Notes: generated by a model not told the origin, from the letters alone. DNA of 63,953 bases, filler included, from Rhabdomonas costata (GCA_019059605.1; 35 parts of 35 records of this genome joined end to end with filler, not necessarily neighbours in it), one strand, 5' to 3'. Positions 35,267-49,020 are shown, numbered from the whole stretch's first letter. Numbers and translations: made by a program.

Positions 35267-36613
35267 TGCTTATCCCCCCCCTAGTCTTCAAATCTTCACC
35301 CCAAAGGCACTACGACGTCCATTCGCAAGGTGGCAAGAAAAGAAAGGGCGATAAAGTAAACAAGAACAGCTGTCAACAAGCGTTCAGCAAAAAACATCCC
35401 TACCCCCTTCTGTCCAGAGGGGTTGCAAACACGCACGCACACGCACGCACGCACCCACCTACACCTTAAGCACCAATACCGTCGTAGAGTCTTAGACGGC
35501 AGGTTCATATTTCGTTCTGTTTTGGGGCCCATTTGACATCATTAATGCTTTCTTTATCCCCCGAAGGCATTTCCAAGACTGTAGCATCGAGGCCCTTATC
35601 TTCGGTATTGGGTCTGCCTCTTCGGGACCCCCGCGGTTTGTTGGTCGTCAACACATGGGACAAAAGAAATCAGTGAATTCTTTTCAAAACTTCCCAAATC
35701 GCAAGTCGCCCGTGACAACCCACCCCTGCAAAACCTTCTGGTATGTTCGGGACGACCTCGCATAACACGCTGGTCTCATTGAGCGTTAGGGGCTTGAATA
35801 TACTTGCATATACCTGCCCTCCATAACTCGCAATAACGCTGAACTTTGTTGTGTCTTCACTTCTGCGCTGTCGCATCCCCTGAGAGCGCAGAGGAAATGA
35901 AGAAGTGCTGGGCCCCTGCTCCAATGATCGGATAACGGGTTTGTGTGAGAAGGTGAGCCCCTTGCCATTCATGGCTAAGGTCAAGCGCAACAGACTAACA
36001 AAGTGAAGCCGAAGGTGAAGAAGTCTCCAATGGCAACAGCAGAGCACTCAACGGGAATGCCCGCCCAGAGTAGAACAGTCTATGGCACACAGCGGAATGT
36101 GTACATCAAGGTTGGCAAGAAAAAAAGCTCTACGCAAAGACTTCCGCAGACGGAGTCTGCGAATAGCACGAGAAGGCCCCACACCATTCTCAACCTTTAA
36201 TCCTCTCCCGCAGCCACACCTCCGATTCAACCACAAATCAGGAGCCCGCACCCTGCCCTATGGTCGCACACAAGCCCTCGTGAGTGAAGCTCCAGTCTGA
36301 CGAAAATCAAGAACCCCAAAAGGAACCCTTCGTTTGGAACCAGGGTTCAGGGTTCCTTATCTACCAGACCGACACGGCCTGCTCGCTCAAGTTTTACCCC
36401 TACAGTTGCCGTCAGTCGCTCATGTGGTTTGAAGTTTCTTTTGAAGTTTTTCTATCCAACATGGTCGGTGGCTAGTAATAGAATTAACCGAAAACACCAC
36501 ACACACCCAACACNNNNNNNNNNNNNNNNNNNNNNNNNNNNNNNNNNNNNNNNNNNNTTAATTAATTAANNNNNNNNNNNNNNNNNNNNNNNNNNNNNNN
36601 NNNNNNNNNNNNN

Positions 36614-38344
36614 GGTAATGTTGCGTCCAATTGTAGGACGAGCCATTTTTCCAGAGTTTGGTGCTGAAGAAGAAGTGAAGTTAAGCCGACGATTTTTATA
36701 GCAATGTGTTACAATTTGGTGGTGAAACCTTGCATTGACCTGTTTGCTTCAGAGAGGCATCATCAGCTACAGAGGTATTTTATAGTAGATGAGTTGGATA
36801 CAGAGGCATTGGGCATAATGCTTTTGTTTTGTGTGGAGTACAGATGTGCGCCTGTGCGCCAACCCGCCGTGGAGCGTCATTGCTCGCGTGTTGGAAAAAG
36901 CATGTCTGGAGAAATCTCGGCTGATGGTGGTGACTACAGAGTGGTCAGATGCTCGACACTGAATGAGCTGAATGTGCGAAGCCAGCGTTGGAATGGAAGG
37001 TTGTACCTTGATTCCACATAACGTTTGAGGTCAAAGACCAGCTACGCTCTTTTATTATGTGGTGGTAAGAGAGGTGTAAGGAGTGTAGTCAGTGGGTTTC
37101 CACATATGTGGGTTAGGTGTGTTTTTCACAAGTGGGTAAGTGTGGTAGACGGTGTGGAATAGTTAAGGGAGGACGATCCATGGAAGTTTCTTCTTTGCAT
37201 TTGTGTTTACATTCTTTGTTTCCTCTTTTCAGGTGCAGGGCAGAATTTCCAGAGCTGAGTACCCTTTCCAGACTCCAGACTCAGGTCTTGGTTGGAAGGT
37301 GGTGGAAGATAAGGAGGGAGGGAAACATCTCCACATCTTGTGACAGTTCCAGAGTTTCTCTAGCTGGTTGTGGTTTCTCCCAACCGCTGTAGTATTTAGT
37401 TAGCTAGCTGTAGTATTTAGTTAGCTACTTGTTCCAGAGTTCCTTCCTTCAGAGTCCAGTGTTCTTGGATATACACTTCCAGAGTTTTATCCCTACTTTC
37501 AGAGCTTTGTGTGTGTGTGCGTGCGTCTGGAGGGTGGGTTTCCAGAGCGTTTGTTGATTGTGACTGATTTCAGAGCTACTGTGCTTCCAGAGTTGTGGAG
37601 ATGTCCCAGACCCCTAAGCCCCCTCCAGAGAAGTGTTACTGGGCAGGTCTGAACGCGTTTGTGAGGGCCAATCTAAAGAATCTGTATGAGTCTTGTGTGC
37701 AGTGCTTTGATAAGTCTTCCACATATTTGGAGAAGGTGCGAAAAGAGACTGCAGAGCGACTGAATAGTAGATGTTTGGGAGTGGTAGAAAGTACCACTCC
37801 CAGTGGTAGAAAGTACCACACTGGTGGATGAATGCAGTGCAGTGGATTTCAGATCGGTAATAAGGACATGAGAGAATGCAGAGATCACAAATCTAGTGGG
37901 TATTCTAGAGCAGGGAAGAGTTGATATGGATAAGTCTATGCAGGAGTTGAACGAGTGGAGGATGGTTGCCCAGGGATCTCCACAGTTACCGACCCTGAGT
38001 ACCATTCCACCAGTGTTGGAGGACCATGCCATGGTGACTTATGTGATGGAGGTGGTTGAACAGATTGAGGGATCGGTTCTGATTTCAGAACGGAAGAACA
38101 TCTAGGGGTTGCTGAAGTTTATGAGGAGGAAGCTTGTTTGCAGAGAGTTGTTTTCCCAGCTTCCAGAGACGAGGCAGTGTGTGAAGTATGCCCCTCGAGC
38201 CACGAAGCCACCTCCACAGGCACCAGTTGCAGATACGTTGGGTGAGATTTTGCAACAGCTGAAGATGGGTAGGGGACCGTTGGTGGAACCTCCAAGAGGA
38301 TGTAATGCACAGCAAGGGACGAGAACCACAACCCCCCACAAACC
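36614..38344 (+). mobile_element. Degenerate retrotransposon fragment: MTase, then purine tract/TGTAAG LTR-like segment, repeat-rich leader and disrupted gag-like ORF (37601-38344)
   Basis: The contig is intron-free. AAGAGAGG|TGTAAG lies at 37067-37080, there are many TTCCAGAG motifs, and a long ORF is interrupted by stops and frameshifts. Confidence 0.65.
36650..37060 (+). pseudogene. Degenerate Dam-like DNA N6-adenine methyltransferase domain of the retroelement-associated type
   Basis: KPCIDLFASERHHQLQRYF..., then after frameshifts NAF and WSTDVRLCANPPWSVIARVLEKA..EKSRLMVVTTEW. These are the DLFA SAM-binding and NPPW catalytic motifs; the frame is broken by stops and frameshifts. Confidence 0.85.
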
Positions 38345-38820
38345 NNNNNNNNNNNNNNNNNNNNNNNNNNNNNNNNNNNNNNNNNNNNTTAATTAATTAA
38401 NNNNNNNNNNNNNNNNNNNNNNNNNNNNNNNNNNNNNNNNNNNNGTTTTGTGGTTTCGTTGGGGTAGGTTTGGCTTGGAAACGCTTGACCTGGTCGTCCT
38501 TGGAGGGTACCAGGGCACCCGCTTTGGCGAGCGGCAGGTCTCCCACTTCCTGCTGGGCGCGCCAGCTGACCCGCAGGGCAGTTGCCGGGGGAGGGCAGTG
38601 CCTTTCTGTTGATTGTTGATTGTATCATGTACCCCACGCCTCCTGGTCTCCCTCTGGCTTATTCGCACTCCTTTTTTGTCCGTCTGCATGGGTGGCGGGT
38701 TCGGCAAATTAAGCAGAAAGGGAAGCAGCTCCGCTGATGCGTCGTCACCCCTTTGTGATTGCCATAATATGAGATTATGTTCACAATGGCCTGGATTGAG
38801 GATCTGTGCCTTCTCTATAG

Positions 38821-40146
38821 GATCGCTTTGGCACACCGTGTGCAAGGTGGGCAGTGGGTACAACTTCACGGAGCTGCGCCGTATCCACCACTGCCTCGAA
38901 GGTAGGTGGAGCTTCACATGCGTTGTCCCTGTCGGCATTTGCAGCCCTGCGCAGTTTCCTTCCCATCCTCCCTTTCTAAATTTTCTGTGTGGGTTAGGAG
39001 CTGGAAACGGAGATCAGGTTTGGTAAATACGGCACAATAACATTAGTAGAATTCATAATTTTTCACCCCTACATCACCAGTTCTCCGTGCAGGAAGAAAT
39101 TTCCGCATTTGGTGGTCGCACACTCGTTTGAGTACTCACACACAACCTTGACTTGCCCCTGTGGACTCGCTCTTAGCACCATCACGTAAGGTTTACAGTG
39201 AATAGTTCCCTGATGCTGTGGGTTCCTTTCACTGAATACCGCTGACGTTTTTTATTTTCATGCCCATCTTTTGCATGTGTATGTGTGCGGCGCACCTCGC
39301 GTAGACCTCTGAGCAGGTTCTTCGCTCTCTGGGCTTCACAGGCCGCTGGCAGAAGTTCGACCGCAGAGCGATTCCTGCCCACTTTGACGGCTGGGCTCCC
39401 GCTGCGGACGACGTGCCCGACTTGTGGGTGGAGCCCTCGCAATCCTTGGTAATGGAAGTCAAGGGTATGCGGGTGTGGTGGTGGTCACTGCTCTCTGTCT
39501 GCAGCAAGGTCGACGGATAATCATGGCATATGGTAAAAACTCTCACTTCTACTGTTCGTTTCCAGCTCTGGGGTGGTATCCATTAAAATCATCTCTGCTT
39601 TTTTCGACGAATCCCACTTACCATTACCCATCACGGTGCAGCAGCGAGGGTCAACCGGCTTGACCCTCGCTCCTCTGGAGAAGTGAAAGTTGAAATACTG
39701 CTCGGGTCTGATAAATAATGGGAGAGGAGTGGGCATGGACTTTGAAATCCGGGGGCAACGTGAATGGAAATCACAGAAGGCTTCCGCTCTTTTGGGGTTT
39801 GCAAGAATAGCGAAAGATTACCAGAAAATTACAAAAGGGCACAGCCACAATTGTTCGCTGTTGGAAATAATGTTCGGTTCGGTTCCAGTGGTGCAAGCAT
39901 ACATACAGCACGGAGTAAGAATGGAGTCGCAAGCCCAGTGTCAGATCTGCACGGATCACAGTTCAGGATCACGCGCTGTAGAATCACCGCCACCAGCGGC
40001 TGCCCAGTGCGTGCAAAGCCGCTCCCTGTCGCAGCGCCGCCATTGCTCTCACAGGTTACTCCTTTGTGCCCTCCACCAAGTTTCGCCTGGGGTTCACTGT
40101 GAGGTTTCCGCGAATGCTGCGAATCCGTGACGATAAGGCCCCACAG
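38821..40146 (+). CDS. LIG4: ATP-dependent DNA ligase, OB-fold domain (ligase IV-like)
   Basis: Exons 38821-38901, 39342-39464 and 40055-40146 give CKVGSGYNFTEL...VPDLWVEPSQSLVMEVKG...GFTVRFPRMLRIRDDK (motif VI). Confidence 0.88.
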
Positions 40147-40289
40147 GTCTTGTGTTCGTCATTCCCCACCCCACNNNNNNNNNNNNNNNNNNNNNNNNNN
40201 NNNNNNNNNNNNNNNNNNTTAATTAATTAANNNNNNNNNNNNNNNNNNNNNNNNNNNNNNNNNNNNNNNNNNNNTGTGTGTGGGTGCAG

Positions 40290-41705
40290 AGCACGGTGAC
40301 GTCATTCCCATCCGGGGCGCCCTTTGCAATGGGCTGCGCCGTGCTGGACTCCCGGGCCTTCGTGGTGGGCGGGAAGACCTCGGACCTCACCAACCAGGTG
40401 GGGAACCAGCGGGTTGGGGTTGTATACACTCGTTCTTGAGGACTTTCTGGCAACTTCAGGGGACTTTTGGCTGAACGAGGGCTGAACGAGAGGAAGGAAG
40501 TGTCCAGAGCTATGCAGTCTCCGTCTCCTTCGCACTCGGCACTCCGCTTTTGGAAGGCCCCGTTGAGGATGGTGGTGAAGCGCTGTGGAACTGGGGGTTG
40601 AAAGGGGAGGAGGGAGGAATACAGAAGCCCGCCGGGAGGACAAGCGAAGCCTGGGTGCTCTCCATTCTAACTTCAAACTTCAAAAGGATGGGGAGCAGCA
40701 ATAAAAGCGGTTGGTAATGGCTAAATCCTGTGACCGGAATGGTTTTCTCCTGAACGGAGATTCTGCAGGCTTCCTTCCAGCTCATTCTACATGTACGCCG
40801 CTCTTCCGCATCGCGTGTATGTGCACGGCAGGCTACGCTTGACCTGGTGCATGGCAGGATGCCGTAGCGGCCTAATTGGAGGCCGAAATGTCACTTTTCT
40901 AGGGGTGGGCTCGAGCACTTTACCATCGCGAATCATGGTGGAGTGCATCCTCGAGACTCGGATTGGGTGACTTGAAATCGTGGCCCCTTCTGCTTCACGT
41001 TTGAAGCAGGAGCAGCAGTTCGGAAAACGGCTTCGATTCTGAATTTTTTTATTTTTCTGATCAATTACCAAAACCAGCTGCCATCAAACAGCCACTGTGC
41101 ACAATTCTACGTTGAATAGGATAGTAGGGTAACACCGTAGCCCACACAATACACAATACACCCCGTTCACTTCAGAAATTTTTTTGGGGGGGGATTGTTG
41201 CAGTAGGTGGGTTACCACTGGCAACTCCGGCCCATGGCTCCGTTTTTCGACCTTTGTTTTCAAGCGAAGGAGGAGCAGTTGTAAAATAGAAAGGGAGCTT
41301 ATCAGTTTCGGTTATGCATCATTCCAACTTCTACCGTCTCTCTTGTGCGTGCTTTTTCTCTCCATCGAGCTATTCCTCGGCCTCGCTCAGGTGTACTCCA
41401 CGGTGGACTCCCGAGGCGTCTCGTGGACCACCCACATGTCGGGGGGCTTCTCTCCGCGGATGACCAGCGGCGTGGTGGTGGTGTTCCTGGGCAGGCTCTG
41501 GGTGGTTACCGGGGACGACGACAGCGGTTACTTCAACGACGTCTACAGCACCCCGGATCCCACCCAGGCCGAGGGCGGGGGGTGGGTGCAGGCCACGGAT
41601 AACGCGTTCCCCACTGGAGGGCGAAAGCACTTCGGGCTGACCGTGTTCCAGGACAGCCTCTGGGCCGTCGGAGGGAACGGCGTTGTGCCCTCCCTGAGCA
41701 ACGAG
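40290..41705 (+). CDS. Kelch-repeat (beta-propeller) protein, internal exons
   Basis: Exons 40290-40397 and 41391-41705 contain AFVVGG..NQVYS, RLWVVTG..FNDVYST...W and SLWAVGG. Confidence 0.85.
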
Positions 41706-42416
41706 GTGGGGTGTGGGGGCGCACTTGCCTGTCGCTTTCATAGCCCTTCAAAAGTCACTGCTGTTGTCCTTGTTGGCCCTTTGCAAATTGGTCTCTGGAT
41801 AGTCTCGTTTCCTTTTTTCAAGAACAGATTGAGGAATTCCTGAAGCAAAAGGAAAAAATTTCGGGTGCACCGATTTTAAGCGTACAAAGACTGGGTGCCC
41901 CGTTAGAACACCAAGGGATCGTAAAACATCCCGTGTTTTTTTTTGCATAACCCTATGGGGCAGCACCGCTCCCCACCACCACCACCACCACTACCACCAA
42001 CCCNNNNNNNNNNNNNNNNNNNNNNNNNNNNNNNNNNNNNNNNNNNNTTAATTAATTAANNNNNNNNNNNNNNNNNNNNNNNNNNNNNNNNNNNNNNNNN
42101 NNNTGGGGGGGTTGTGAAAGGGTGAACTCTGAGCTGAGCAGCTGACCGATCTCAAGCGTTGCTGGAGTGACTGGCGGATCGATCCCCCAGCGGAGTGGTT
42201 GGGTCATCGGCAGCAAGGCACCAACCCCGCCTGTACCTTGGAGGCTTTCGGGTTCTTTGCATCTGTAGGGTTGGCGTCGACTTTTCTTCGGGGGACCCTG
42301 CCCCTCTGAAAACGGAGAGTGGGTTACCTTCTACGGGCTCTGAGATGATATGTCCTGGGTGCTGGGAACGAGGGGAGCGAGACATGGAGAAAGCAGGGGA
42401 TCTCGCGCTGCACACC

Positions 42417-43797
42417 TGACAGGGAGGCCTTCTCTTAGGCACTGCTGCCGCAACTCAGAGACATCTGCCGGCCGCCTGCAACCATGCAAAATATCACTGC
42501 AATGAGTATGGCACATTGACATGAGCAGACATTGGTTGAGGTCACCCAGAAACCCGCTATTGCAAAACGGCAGCCGGATGACCGAGCCCGACACTGCCTG
42601 TTTCGGTGTTAATATGTGCTCATACAGAATAATAGAACATTGCGCAGCACACCCAAATCCCTTCTTTCTGGACCACCAACGTGTGCACGGCATACGTGCA
42701 GCTCCCCCCAAAACCGAACTCGACTCACCCGATTGTGATTTTTAAAATAAAAAAACTGAAACTCAGTCAGTTTCTAGCGGGTGGTATCGGGTACCCTTCA
42801 CCCTAACCAGTCCCATTTAAAGCACCAAAGCCTGACTCGTCAAGAGAATCATTTCTTTTTCCTTTTCGTTTTTTTTCACGCATATAAAAGAACCCTTCAA
42901 AAGTCACAAGCAAAAGGGAGGGAGGGAGGGAGGGCACCTCGTCATGGCTGCCTTGTGCTGACGGATGAGCACATCCAGGTGATGGGGCGCAATGCTGCAC
43001 CACGTGCGATAGCAAACGGAAAACCACCCACCTCACTGCCATAACCCGGTGCGTGCTTGGCGGTTGGTGTGATGAAAAGCCGAACAGGAAAACAGATGTG
43101 TCGAGGCCCCTACAAACCGATGAGGTGGACACACAAAAATAGGGAGATAATTTATTTTGCAGCTTAAACTTCTCACCGCCTCTCCCCCGCCAGCGCTCAG
43201 CTTGTCCAATAACAGAATGGGCACGCTTCGGCGATGTCGGGAATTGAAAACCTGGGTTTCCTCGACCTAAACCCCGCACACACACACTCTTTATGCATTT
43301 GGCGAAGATAAGCATTTTTCTGGGCCTTCGGACTCGAGGTCCCCTTCCCCAGTGGGCTCCCGACTTATACATTTCCCCTGTGTGACAGTTTGCATCAGAT
43401 CACTGCGTTCTCCAATTTACAGAAGGGTGATGTATCGTCAGTTTGACCTGTTTTTTGTCCATGAGTCTAACCTCTCACTTTTGGGGACCAGGGGACCATA
43501 TTTTGAGTAAAGGTGCGACGCTTGACTTCGGGAAGTGGCTCTGGCTTTCAGCTCATGGAAACCCACTAAACTCTCGCAGCCACTGACGCTGTGCCTCAAC
43601 GTTCAACTACCAAAGTCAGACCTCCAAACCATCCACTCGCCACCTTCCAACATTGCAACAAACGCGAGGGCGCGCTCTCGTACTTCTTGGGCTCGGTGAC
43701 GGCCTCCTTCAGCACGCGAAGCACGCACTCCTCATAGTTTTGCCTCTCAGGCAGGAAAAGGAAGAGCTTGGGGAGCTTCTCGCTGCTTTCCAAAAAC
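42417..43797 (-). CDS. Uncharacterised multi-exon protein
   Basis: Coding-like AG/GT-bounded blocks at ~43797-43644 (FLESSEKLPKLFLFLPERQNYEECVLRVLKEAVTEPKKY), ~42990-42938 and ~42475-42417. Confidence 0.5.
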
Positions 43798-44013
43798 CTG
43801 AAAAGGGGGGGGGGCAGCTTACCCAACCCCNNNNNNNNNNNNNNNNNNNNNNNNNNNNNNNNNNNNNNNNNNNNTTAATTAATTAANNNNNNNNNNNNNN
43901 NNNNNNNNNNNNNNNNNNNNNNNNNNNNNNGCGGAAAGAACTTCTGCCAACAACGTCCATCATAGATACCCTAGAACCCCTTCCGAGCCATGCACAAAAG
44001 CACGCATGCTCAC

Positions 44014-44121
44014 CTGTATTGCATTTGCCGAGGCCCCCCCATCCAGCAGAATCTGAAATATTTGCTCCGGGGCATCCTTTAAGGCCGCCGCGCAGCGCAA
44101 GGGGGTGCTCCCGTGGGAATC
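44014..44121 (-). CDS. Ankyrin-repeat exon
   Basis: CAG|DSHGSTPLRCAA...IFQILLDGGASANAIQ|GTGAGC, matching the D..G.TPL..A...LL..GA..N pattern. Confidence 0.85.
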
Positions 44122-47100
44122 CTGCCGAGAAGCAATCCATGCACGAACCAAAAAATGCCTCTGACCCACCTCACATTAGTAATCTTGCACTCCCGAGACA
44201 ACCCAAGCAAAAAAGAACCACGGTAGGGCATGCTGTCCGTTGCTGTGCCACGAGGAGTTGTGGGATGAAGAGGAAGAACGGTAATTCAAGCCCTAGCGAC
44301 GCGCGCTGCCTGGGCGCTGCCATGGAAATCAGCGAGTATGAATGGCGAACTACAGCGAACTCCTACACACTCAAGCGCACTTTCACATTGCTGACTCCAG
44401 GCGACGTTAAACGGGCTCAAATTCTCTTCTGTCTCATCTACGGGGCACTGGCAAAGTGTACCTGTTTTTGGGAAAAATAACATTATGTAGTGGGTAGCAC
44501 AGGGGGTTCACCTTGCCCCAGTACTCGGAAAATGCACCGGCGGACAAACCGTTCCGTCTCCTCCACGTCTCCGGCCCCGCTACGGAACAGTCTCCGCGGC
44601 CAGCCGCTGCACCCTCTGTCGCTTCCGTCCACCGTGGTGCTGGCCTTCACCCTCATCTAACGCTGCTCCCATTCATCCGAAAGTTTTCAATGCTTGTAAA
44701 ACCGCTCAACGTTCCATCCTCACCCATCCCGATTTCCCCATTCAACGAACTGCACTGCAGTAACAGACCAGCTTGTCTGGCCTGGCGCCCGCCTTCAGCA
44801 GAGTGGCCACAGCCTTCACGTTGCCAACCCCCGCCGCGTGGTGCATGCCCATCTTCCCAGAAGCGTCCTACAAACAGTGAAGGCAGTGGCAGAACAGCAG
44901 GAGTGAGGAACAAGTTTAAGTGAGGAATCTCCTGTGAGTCGGCCACCAGTCGACTACTGAAGAGAAAAGGGGACAGAGACGGTGTCTCTGAAGAGGGCAG
45001 CCGAGAATACCACCTGCTTCTTCCTACAGTTCAGACGACTCCAAGCAACTTTTCCGCAGTATTTTTTTTTTGCATATTTCGGTTCAGGAGAGTGGCAGAC
45101 AAGGAAAAGAGGAAAGACCTAGAAGCGGCCCCTAGAGCAAGCACACAAGACACTTTCACGTCAGCTCTAGCAAGGTCACAGTGCGAGCCAGGGAGAAGGG
45201 TAGAGGGAAACGCTCCTGCACGCATGAAGGAATTTAGGAACAAAAATCTCGGGTTAGAGAGAAGCGGGACCCAGAAGCACCGCAGGGACAGAGCACACAC
45301 ATCTTCCAGTGCGAATCGGTAGACTTCGATTCACGCCCCCCCCCCCCCAACCCGAAAGACATCCAAGGAAAGGGAGCCCACTCCTTCCTATTGCAGCCTG
45401 TGAACTACTGCTTTTATGGGCCCCTTTCTGACACTGCAGGGGGCTAGGTGGCGATGCACAGGTCCTTGGAATTGCAATAAACTTTTGTAGGCAAGGCAAG
45501 GCAAAGTGGCTGGCCATTTCCCTCTTACTTCTGAGGTGGCATGGGTCACATCTATGCCAAGGACAAATCTCACCCATACAATGTTCGGGGGCAAAATAAG
45601 CATTGAGCTGGAGAAAAGGCGACTGAGTGCCTCCAAAAACAACCCAAACACACCCACCACNNNNNNNNNNNNNNNNNNNNNNNNNNNNNNNNNNNNNNNN
45701 NNNNTTAATTAATTAANNNNNNNNNNNNNNNNNNNNNNNNNNNNNNNNNNNNNNNNNNNNCAGGCTTCATCCTCCAACCCCTTCAAATCCAATCGCGGAG
45801 AGCTCGCGCTACGACCAGTAAGCAAACGAGCGAGCACATCTCAGATGGGAGGAGGGGGCGCTTAATTCACGGAACAATATTTTCAGACCACACGTGGTAA
45901 TGTGGACAAGTCGTCCCACACAAATTGACACAGCATCTCGGTGTGCATTTCTCATGAGCCAAACAACAGCACAGAAGGCATAGTCCTCGCAGACAAAGGC
46001 ACCGAAAATGGGCAGCGGTGAGAAATCGGAGTCTGAAAGAATGTGTGAGGCAGGAAAAGAGGAAAAGGAGTATGAAACTATGGGGAGGGAGGGGGGCTAA
46101 CGTAAACATTTACCGCCAAAATCACAACATGCGCCCAAGCACAAAGGAGGGGATGAGCAGCAAGGGGGGTGATGCCCAATAACACGCGAGCGCCTAACAA
46201 AACAAGGAAGAAAGCGTCAATACAGTCAGCGACCACTCTTTCACAGCGTATTCGAACCGCTGCGGGGTCGGAACCGCAAGCCGACTCCGCACAGGATGAA
46301 CCCGTTGAGGATGCTCAAGGTCATTTCCAACGTTCCCAAAGGGCGCCCACAGCGTAGTCACCTCAACCATCGAGTCAAACTCTGGGAACCCATCTAGTTG
46401 AAAGGACAGGACCGAAGGCTCGTCCATGCAGCTGACCGCTTGAAGGTGCACAAAGACACGTTCCTCAGACCTGGCTCTTCGGCGCTTCAATGAGGCCGTG
46501 AGGTTAAGGTAGCTGTCGTTTCTCCAGTATCAGCTCACAACATATTGACCAACGCAAAGTCTTCCAACCAGAGCGGTTGCTTCCACCGCGATTCGGATAA
46601 CAAAAAACCAATCACAGCTTCTTAATCACAAATCACACTTCTTTTCAAGGAAAAACACCCATAAGGTGACGCCCCTGCTACAGTACAACTCCGAACTCCA
46701 ACTCCAACTCTCTCCCTTCACAGGTGGCACAAACACCATCTGGGCAGATATTTGAGGATTTTGTGTTGGCACTGAAGGACAGGGAAGACACTCTCGTCTC
46801 TTTCGCTCAAATCGCCACCTGAGGATGTAGGGAGCCATTACACAAAGGTCATATCTAAATTGCAAGAGAAGACACGAAAAAACGCCCATCCCACACAACT
46901 CCATAAATTGGGCACAAAACCAGCAACACTTGCAGAAGCTACCAGGAACATCACTTCAGCGACAAAAAAAACAGATAATGGGCGTTCACCCACACCCGAT
47001 TCATCGGTCAACTGCTTTTACTGATAGGAACAACACGCTTACAGCCCACAGTTTTACCCTGTCAAAACAACCGTGTCCTCCATTGTAGCTGAAAAGGTCA

Positions 47101-47599
47101 TCACTAATGTCCACTGTGCAGTCCTGCACTGCAAAGCTTCCACCGTTTGTTATGGGCACCAATGACTTGACTTTGCTCCAAAACAAAAGGGCTGCCAGGG
47201 GCCTTGTAACCGCAACATGTCAGAATGTCCACGGTGACCCGTTCCTACGATTTCCATGGTTCCAGAAACTGATGTTTCGCACATATTCCGCCCCTCCACA
47301 GCACACCTCTTTCATTACCCTAATTTTGTGTGTTCCGGAACCCACGCTCTCCCTTTTCTGACTTCTTCATTTCTTCTGAGCCTGACCCGCAGCGGAAGCG
47401 GACAGAGAAGGCACCCCCAAGATGGCGCTTGAGCTCTCCGAACGAGCGCGTTCAAGCGCTCAGCATTGCCTCAACACAGCACCCCCCACANNNNNNNNNN
47501 NNNNNNNNNNNNNNNNNNNNNNNNNNNNNNNNNNTTAATTAATTAANNNNNNNNNNNNNNNNNNNNNNNNNNNNNNNNNNNNNNNNNNNNGGGGGTTGT

Positions 47600-48030
47600 T
47601 GGCACCAGGTTCCACATGGCGTTCCGAAGCGGTGGCTGTACTGAGTTGCGGAGACTGGTGCCGTCCACGCCACCGGTAGCTACCGGACGACAGGTCCAGC
47701 ACACCACGGCTGCGCGTCTGGAGGTAGCACAGCCCCGCCTTGCAGAACAGCGCCCAAAACCTGTCTATCCAGGCCGTTGGGTGCATGAGCCTGGTCCACG
47801 TTGACGTGTAGGGCGCCCATCCGGAGGAATAAATGGCGTTCTCCTTCCACAAAGCAAAGTGTTTGTCCACAGGTCCGTGTGGTAGGCCAAATGCGTAGCA
47901 AGCGAGAAACGTTCTCCGCGTAGGGCTTCAGGTTCAGCTCCAGGCGTAGCGTACCCTTGGAAGTCCACACTGCATCGAACTGCGCGTTTAGCGAGGTGAC
48001 GTTGGCCGCAACAACATTGCAGTGGTGCTG
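47600..48030 (-). pseudogene. Possible degenerate non-LTR retrotransposon APE-endonuclease region
   Basis: Intron-free and frameshifted. VVAANVTSL resembles APE motif I; the downstream motifs are only weakly recognisable. Confidence 0.3.
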
Positions 48031-49020
48031 TGGAAATTGAATGGCATATTACCCGAACTTAAGTGGTGGAATTCGACTCAGCATTTTGAAGCCAGATTAA
48101 TGCAAGAGGAGACCGTTGTCCAACTGGGCCGCAGTTTTCACGTTCCGTTTTCGTTCAACCACTGCCTTCATTACTTCAGATCCTTGTCTTTTGAGCTTTT
48201 GGTTCAAGTGGGATGTTTCACACCAAACGCTAACACCCTGTGATTGAGATTCATTATTATTCGCGATGGTCCCGTGTAAATGACCTGAAACATATACAGT
48301 CAAAATGGTCCTGGGGTTGTTGGTCCATATCACGCTCGGTGGGCTTGCTGTTGGTGAGCCGGTGCATCTAAGGCGTCAACGTGAAACATCCACGCCAATA
48401 TTCTGGCATAAGCTCTGATTTATCCGCATTATTGTGCGACATTGTCCGTTCCTAAGAATGAGAGGAAGGTGGATATGTCATGCGGATCAACGCGGCTGGC
48501 AGGTAGCGGACCCAGCGGATTGGAAAGGGCCCAACCCGTGCCACAAAGGCCTCCTCCCACCGTGGCGCCATCTGGCTCCGTTGCGCCCGATTTGCTCCCT
48601 GTGTACCTTTTCCCAGCGTTTCCAGAATCGCGGGCGTGCCTCCACAAACGGGCCATGTTATTTGTGTTCGAAATTCCGTGGGAAAGCTCTTCCATGCAGT
48701 CTTGAAAACCCCTTCCGGACCGCCTTAAGGCTGGGAGTAACATGAACAGATACACTAGGGAGTATGCGCAACATACGACCAGCAAAAACAAAATGGGCCC
48801 AAAAAACACACAAAGGCATACAAGATGCATCTATGATGGTCTTACCTGCATCTCCCATCAGTCACCAGATACACCCCTCTACATACACACATCAGCACAG
48901 ATGCAAGTAAGGTGGTATTACGTGCATCTCACATCATTTTTATCCCTTTTTTACCTTTTTTATTTTTTAACTTTCGTTAATTGTTTTGTTTTTGGATTTT
49001 TACGCGTTAAGCATTCTTAA

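Noticed and set aside
21977-38344. Functional clustering of EEP, ligase, MTase and other genes as one system
   Set aside because: They lie on separate contigs whose adjacency is an artefact of concatenation.
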